This document shows, piece after piece, positions 58,130 to 64,000 of a DNA stretch of 64,000 bases (positions are counted from its first letter, which is position 1; the number at the start of each line of letters is the position of its first letter). Position numbers and translations under genes: made by a program. The notes beneath the pieces were generated by a model that saw nothing but the letters and a program-made list of their open reading frames with translations, searched no databases and was not told where the DNA came from. This stretch comes from Lama guanicoe (lineage: Eukaryota), in the NCBI GenBank assembly GCA_013239625.1, contig MU056303.1:9108049-9172048 (forward strand), written 5' to 3'.

Positions 58130-58330
58130 TCAGGGGTCAGACACCAAGGTTAGATGCTGGACATAGTTTATCTCCTTTGACCACCCTAAGAGGGACAGTA
58201 CGATTATTTGCTGCCACTTTAAAGATGGAGAAACTGAGGCTTAAAGATTTGCTCTGTCCTGCCTAAGGTCTCACAGCTGATGAATGGTGGAGCCTGTTTC
58301 TGACCAAGCCTTCTCATCCTGGGGCCTGAA
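58130..58330 (-). mobile_element. MIR SINE
   Basis: cactttaaagatggagaaactgaggctt...tgcctaaggtctcacagctgatgaatggtggagcc. Confidence 0.8.
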
Positions 58331-58948
58331 AATACGGGGAAAGGGGCTGACTTCCTAATTTACTGGTGTAGAATCTTCAGAACCAGCTTGTAACTGAAGA
58401 GGTGAGCAAGAGGAGAAAGTTCAGGAAACTCCCAGGTGGCACTTGTAAAAGGAAAGGCCACAGTGTCTAGGCAAGGTCATTGCTGGCTGCATGTGGTTTC
58501 AGGGCACAAAACTGAACAGGACCTCACCACTGCCGGATGGCAAAAGGAGCTGGGAGAGGGGGATTAAAAAGAATTTTCTGGACTACGAATCAAGGAATCT
58601 GGGTTCAGTTCTGGCTCTCCTAAAACCTCCTGTGTAACCCTGTACAACTAACTTTACCGACCAGCTCAGTTTGCAAAGCGACACAGAAGGATGGAGACCA
58701 AAACCCACACCCGACTGTGAGCCTACCTGGGGGGCACTTTTTCACGAAAACAGATTCCTGGCCCCAGTACTAAACCTGCTCGATTCGATTCTCCGTAGGT
58801 GCAGCCCTAGTAATTTTGACGCGCAGCCCAAGTCTGAAGGTTGCTCGACTGGGTAACCTCCCGGTGGCCCTCCCTGCTCTTTCAAAAGGTTCTGACCCGC
58901 TGCTTCCGGGACCCGGCGCAAACCAAGCCAGTGCATGACACAACTTTC

Positions 58949-58963
58949 CCAGCAGAGGGCAGC
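58949..58963 (+). promoter_or_regulatory. CTCF-like site in a CpG-retaining patch
   Basis: CCAGCAGAGGGCAGC fully matches CCASYAGRKGGCRSY; many CpGs in 58690-59020. Confidence 0.6.
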
Positions 58964-59220
58964 GTTGGCTCAAAGTTTCCTCATGCATTTTCCTTTCGCC
59001 GTAAGAGTTTCATCCCGCCTAACACTGTTTTAGGATTTTTTAAATATATATATACAATTTAAAAGGCATCAAAAATTACCTATAATTCTACCTTGTTGTT
59101 TGAATTATTTAAGGGACCCTCCATCTATCCAATCTATCTCCCAAAGTTAGTATCTGTTAACATTCCATTGTATCCTCCCTAACTAGTTCTTAAATTTAAA
59201 CACATTTAAATCTATTGTGA

Positions 59221-59327
59221 CAATGAGTGTGTATATGTCCATGAATGACTGAAAAATTGTGCTGAACACTGGAATTTGACACAACATAGTAAAATGATTA
59301 CAAATCAATATAAAAAATGTTAAAACA
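59221..59327 (+). mobile_element. Short young L1 3' end with TSD
   Basis: gactgaaaaattgtgctgaacactggaatttgacacaac; perfect TSD aaatctattgtga 59208-59220 / 59328-59340. Confidence 0.92.
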
Positions 59328-59348
59328 AAATCTATTGTGAATTCACAG

Positions 59349-59373
59349 ACACACACACACACACACACACACA
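59349..59373. repeat. (CA)n microsatellite
   Basis: acacacac run. Confidence 0.95.
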
Positions 59374-60843
59374 CTTTTTTCCAGGTATGGAATCATGTAA
59401 TATTTTTGGGTCTATAACTCACATTTTTCACTTTAAAAAAATATCATGCACATCTTTTTTTTTTTAATTTAGACCATTTTTTTTAACTTAGACAATTTTT
59501 AAGTGCCTATGTACTATCCCATTGTATGATCACCAAAATGTTTATTAATGAATATCCAGACTCTTTTAGTATTTCATTAAAAATACCATTCTAGTTACCA
59601 TCCTGGAGGATAAATCTTTATATAATCATGGTATTCCCTCTGTAGAATACAAACAAAAAATTAAGACAAAGGATATATTCATTTTCCTTTATTTTTTGTA
59701 ATTTTCCTTAGTTTTTTGTTTTATCAACTATTGAATAATTTTAAGATATGTATCAATAATGCTAAGCATAAAAAGTTATACCAAATGACCAGATGCCATT
59801 TTTTAAATTTAGCCTGATTTTTTTTATTGATTTTTTTAAATCAGTTTAATTATTTTCCCAATTTTGAGCATTTTTTGAGAGAGGGATTTTCTCATGGTCA
59901 CCAAACCATTCCATGAGTACAAAAGAATATTGTTTAAAATATACTAAACATCTATTTCACCATTAAAAATGTGCTGTGTGGCTTTTTCTATGTTACCAAT
60001 GATATTTTAAAATTAAACATATTTATTCTCTGTTATACTCCTTTATACAAAATCAGGAAACCAACCCTTGCCCCACAGTGGTACTGTTAAAAAATCCGTG
60101 TTAAAAGATAAAGCTTTCCTCATGCTTGCCGGGGTCCAGCCTTTTTGGGTTCCTCCAAGCCCTTCTATTCTAAGCAGGCAAAAAGAGGTCATTATTTCAA
60201 ATTATACCTGCTTCTCGCACACACAGAGGCTGCGTTATTGCTAAATCACACCCCAGTTCTTGTCTCCAACAACGTTCCAATGTGAGACAAAAATCTAGAT
60301 GTGAGTGTCAATGGGGGTGCCATTTGAGAAGTTTTCCCCAAAAAGACTTTGAATGTGACATCACTATGCCAAGGGCAAGCCAGTGAGAGACAAAGAAAGG
60401 GAAGATCCAGGACCACAGCTCAATTTCCACCCAAGAAGGTGGGGAGGGTGGATTCACAACATCGAGACTTCAGAACTCTCCATGACTTCTGAGCTCCCAG
60501 CTCTAAAAGCAGGCATCTTGGAACAAAACATACTGTGGGTGCACAATCTGGAGAGGGGAAAAAAAGGCATGAAGAAGTTTTACATCTAAGCAGATTAGAA
60601 GTTATACGGGAATAAAATATAATACTGGATTTTACCAAAACCAAAAGCAGAGTGACGGGTGGCAGGACACCTTGCAGGTGGCAGAAGCTGGCTTGATTTC
60701 TTCCTGAGGATCTGGACCTGAGTTCATGCGGTTTGTTCTCAGCGGGCTGATCGACCAGAGCCCTGTCTGTGAACTTGAGGGACCTCACCCACAGGCCTGC
60801 TCACAGTCTTTCCAAAAGAATTTGAACCCCGTGACATCCCTCC

Positions 60844-61002
60844 TTTTTTATTTTATTTTATTTTATTTTATTTTATTTTGCAGGAAGTGGGTAATTTGGT
60901 TTATTTATTTTTATTTTTTTCTTTAAGAGAAGTCCGGGGGATTGAACCCAGGACCTCATGTGTGATGAGTATGAGCTCTACCCCTTAGTCTATACCCTCC
61001 CC
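60844..61002 (-). mobile_element. Vic-1-like SINE (antisense)
   Basis: (ttttA)n tail, ggtaatt, ggggattgaacccaggacctcatg...gctctacc...ctataccctccc. Confidence 0.88.
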
Positions 61003-61898
61003 CACCCCGCCATTTTTTTGAAGGTAAAATCTTGAGGTCCTTTTAAGATTAAATACAGGATGTTGAAAAGGTAGAGAGTTGCCAGCAATGACTTGTCTGG
61101 GAAATTTTAGGACTCTGGAATTTTGAAACAATACAGAGGAGAGTCTCCAAAGCCTTTAGTTAGACCTGGATTCTCTTGTCCTTCTGGACAAAGCAGATGT
61201 TCTGATGTTTAAAGATGATTTGCTAGACTTTCCATGAAGCTTGAGACCCTGGTAGGGAACTGTTGGCCAGCTAGACCCTGGCGCCTGTCAGCCACCCGAA
61301 CCGAGGCCGTCTCCTTACCAGGCAAGGTCTTCATGCAACATAAGGACCAGAAGGAAAGTTTTGAAGTGTGACCCTGGGTTGACGCATCCGACCACCAGCA
61401 GAGAATTACCTGCCCCAGGAGGGGCCAGGGTGATGATCTGGCAGGAGTCAGCTAAAGCTGTGTGCCTCCCCAGTTGCCCTCATGGAAGGAGAGGAGAACC
61501 TGCAGCCGGAGGAAGTTCAAAGGTGGGAGAAAACTCTGCTTCTGCATGTACGGAGACAGCATTTATACCACAGACATCAGAGGCCTTCTCTTTACCATCA
61601 CCACTTACAGTTCTCACCAGTAGAGGTCTGCCACATACGTATCTAACAGTTTTTGTCACAACACTTCTTGGAATTTGTGATAATAAATTGTCCTTTTTTG
61701 TTCTTGAAAGTACACTGATAATCTTTGAAAATTCAAGTATTTTATCTTTATGACACCTTTGTAAAGCTGAATAATTTGCTTCTTTGACCTACATTCACAA
61801 TACAGAGAATAAAAGCATATGAATAATTATTTATTAATAATATAAGTTAAATTAAGCATAGCAACTGTATGTGTGCTTAAGAATTCATTTTATTAATA

Positions 61899-62065
61899 GA
61901 TATAAAACAAATTTCTTCTGTATAACACAGGGAACTATAGTCAATATCTTGTAATAACCCTTAATGAAAAAGAATATGAAAATGAATATATCTATGCATG
62001 ACTGGGACATTGTACTGTACACTCGACATTGTCATGTGTAGCTGACTATACTTCAATTTTTTAAA
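61899..62065 (+). mobile_element. Short young L1 3' end with TSD
   Basis: acacagggaactatagtcaatatcttgtaataacc...ctgactatacttcaa; perfect 20-bp repeat aagaattcattttattaata 61879-61898 / 62066-62085. Confidence 0.92.
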
Positions 62066-62164
62066 AAGAATTCATTTTATTAATACAAATTCAGATAGAA
62101 AAAACTCTACTTTTTTATTGGCAACCGTTCTATTTGTATTATATATCTTCAGATGTATAATGTT

Positions 62165-62437
62165 TGATGAAGTCTAGTTGATTTACAATGTTGTGTTAGT
62201 TTCAGGTGTACAGCAAAGTGATTCGGTTATACATAGACATATATATTCTTTTTCAGATTATTTTCCATTATAGGTTATTATAAGATATTGAATATAGTTC
62301 CCTGCGCTACACAGTAGGTCCTGTTGTTTATCTACTTTATATATAGTAGTGTGTATATGTTAATCCCAAACTCATGATTTATCCCTCCCACCCACCCCTT
62401 TCCCCTTTGGTAAGTGTAAGTTTGTTTTCTATGTCTG
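62165..62437 (-). mobile_element. L1 3' UTR fragment
   Basis: tagttgatttacaatgttgtgttagtttcaggtgtacagc...aagtttgttttctatgtctg. Confidence 0.9.
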
Positions 62438-63200
62438 GACCCCTCACTCTGTCTCACACTCCACAACCAATTGCCTGGGAATCCTGTTCACTCTGCCTTC
62501 AGAATACACTCACAATCTGACCACCTTTCACCACCTCCTTTGCTTCCTCGCTGGGTCCATTATCATCATCTGTTGTCTGGATTATTGCAGTAACCTCCTA
62601 GCATGCTCCTTCCTGCCATCTCTGCTCTGCTATAACCTGTTTGGAACACAGAAAGCAAGGAGATCCTGTACAAACGCAAGTTACATTATATTGCTCCTCC
62701 ACTCAAAACCTTCTAATGTTTTCAGTTACCCTCAAAAGCAAAAGCCGTAGTCCTACACTAGCCCACAAGGCCCCTTTCCTCTCGGACCTCAGCTCCCGTT
62801 ACTCCTCTCCCCGATCTCCCTCGCTCCCTCCACTCCATCTATTCACAATACACTGATTTCAAATACACCAAGCATGGTCCCATCCTAGGGCCTTTGCACT
62901 AGCTGTTCACACTCCCTCCAGATGCACATGACTCACTCCCTTGGGTCCTTGCTCAAATGTTATCATCCCAAAAAGGCCTATTTTAACCACCTTTAAAATT
63001 GCAATTACCCACCTGGGCAGGGGCAGGTGCGCACACTCAGCACACTTCCAGTCTCCTTACCTATTTGCTTTCCTCACATCCTTTTTTCCCTTCTGTATTA
63101 TACATCACCTTGTAACATGCTGTACAATGTACTTACGTGCTGTATTTGTGTATATTTTTTTCCACCCCTCCCCAGACATTATCTCCCTGAGGGCAGGAGT
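62438..63200 (+). mobile_element. L2a 3' fragment
   Basis: aatctgaccacctttcaccacctcc...ctggattattgcagtaacctcct...agggcctttgcactagctgtt. Confidence 0.88.
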
Positions 63201-64000
63201 CAAGGTGACCTGAGGTGACCCGAGGGAAGATCTGAAGGAGCCATGAAGACATCTGGAAGAAGAGTATAGGGGTGGGTAATAAATTGTAAAACGACATCAG
63301 AAAAGTCCGTGCACATTACAGTGCCAGCCAAGCACGGAGTGAGTGTTGGTTGGTTAGTATAATGTTCAGTCCACCTCTTCGCTCAAGGTGGAAAGGTGAT
63401 GCTGAGAATTTTAACGACATTTTTAAATTAAACCAACTATGTCTGTTAAAGGCTTCTTGGCAGGGAGGCACTGGATAAGGAGATAAGTGTCAAAGGCTCA
63501 TACCCTGTGGATACCCACTCATGTCTGGTAGTTCCAATTAGGAGGCTGGCTTTCCCGGGCTGAGCAGAAGCCCCGCTTCCTTGCTGCTAAGGACATGCTC
63601 TCAGCCATGTTGTTCAGACTTCCTAGGTCTGTCTGTAAAAATGAGGGATGTGGTTGACAAAAACAATGTCTAGGGTTTGGTTAATTCATGGTCAACTATT
63701 GATGCAGGGACCCTTCTGGGAATTAGACAGAAAATAGCAATTATTCTTAGGTCTGGCACCTTCATTCTCTGCATTAACATGGGTTAACAATGTCAGACAT
63801 GTGTCTTATAACAAGCACAGTTTTGCCACCTCCCTTCCTGTCTCTGTTCCCAGAGCCCCAGAGAGATCAGAAGGAAATGCAAAGGAAAACTTTGAAGATT
63901 CGGGTATTTAACATTCTGCCTGATGGATCTGAGTCAAACACTATATCCTTTTTTATAATCCCCTGTTCTCCAATCTCTCCAAATTACCAGCTTTTCCTGG

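Noticed and set aside
1-64000. Assignment to a named locus (e.g. LMO2 upstream region)
   Set aside because: The motif grammar is compatible but no exon or recognisable landmark is present, so naming a gene would be a guess
1-64000. CRISPR arrays, operons or other prokaryotic systems
   Set aside because: The sequence is mammalian; there are no regularly spaced repeat-spacer arrays or dense ORFs

Overview
Mammalian genomic DNA, most likely camelid (camel/alpaca lineage): it carries tRNA-Ala-derived Vic-1-like SINEs and young cetartiodactyl-type L1 3' ends. I find no credible protein-coding exon, rRNA, true tRNA or CRISPR array. Every ORF with recognisable homology is a transposon remnant: L1 ORF2, L2 ORF2, HAL1, a class I ERV integrase/env and a hAT transposase C-terminus. 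Much of the window is interspersed repeat (MIR, L2, L1, HAL1, MaLR/ERVL LTRs, hAT MITEs), with five N-gaps. The unique DNA between repeats holds several compact clusters of transcription-factor motifs: GATA/AP-1/RUNX/ETS at ~28.5 kb, PU.1/C-EBP/RUNX/CRE at ~41 kb, RUNX/ETS at ~26 kb, Oct/Sox/Pbx-Hox at ~9.6 kb, plus two co-oriented CTCF-like sites. This suggests a gene-free enhancer landscape of a blood/vascular regulator lying outside the window (inference; the target gene cannot be named from this sequence). Other oddities are a chimeric L1 insertion carrying ~90 bp of unidentified 5' sequence, an L1 fragment with only AT-to-GC substitutions, an LTR-less ERV piece inside an L1MC, a nested SINE trimer, and a stop-interrupted mini-ORF shaped like an antimicrobial-peptide precursor (probably chance). 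Repeat family names come from recalled consensus sequences and need RepeatMasker/Dfam confirmation.
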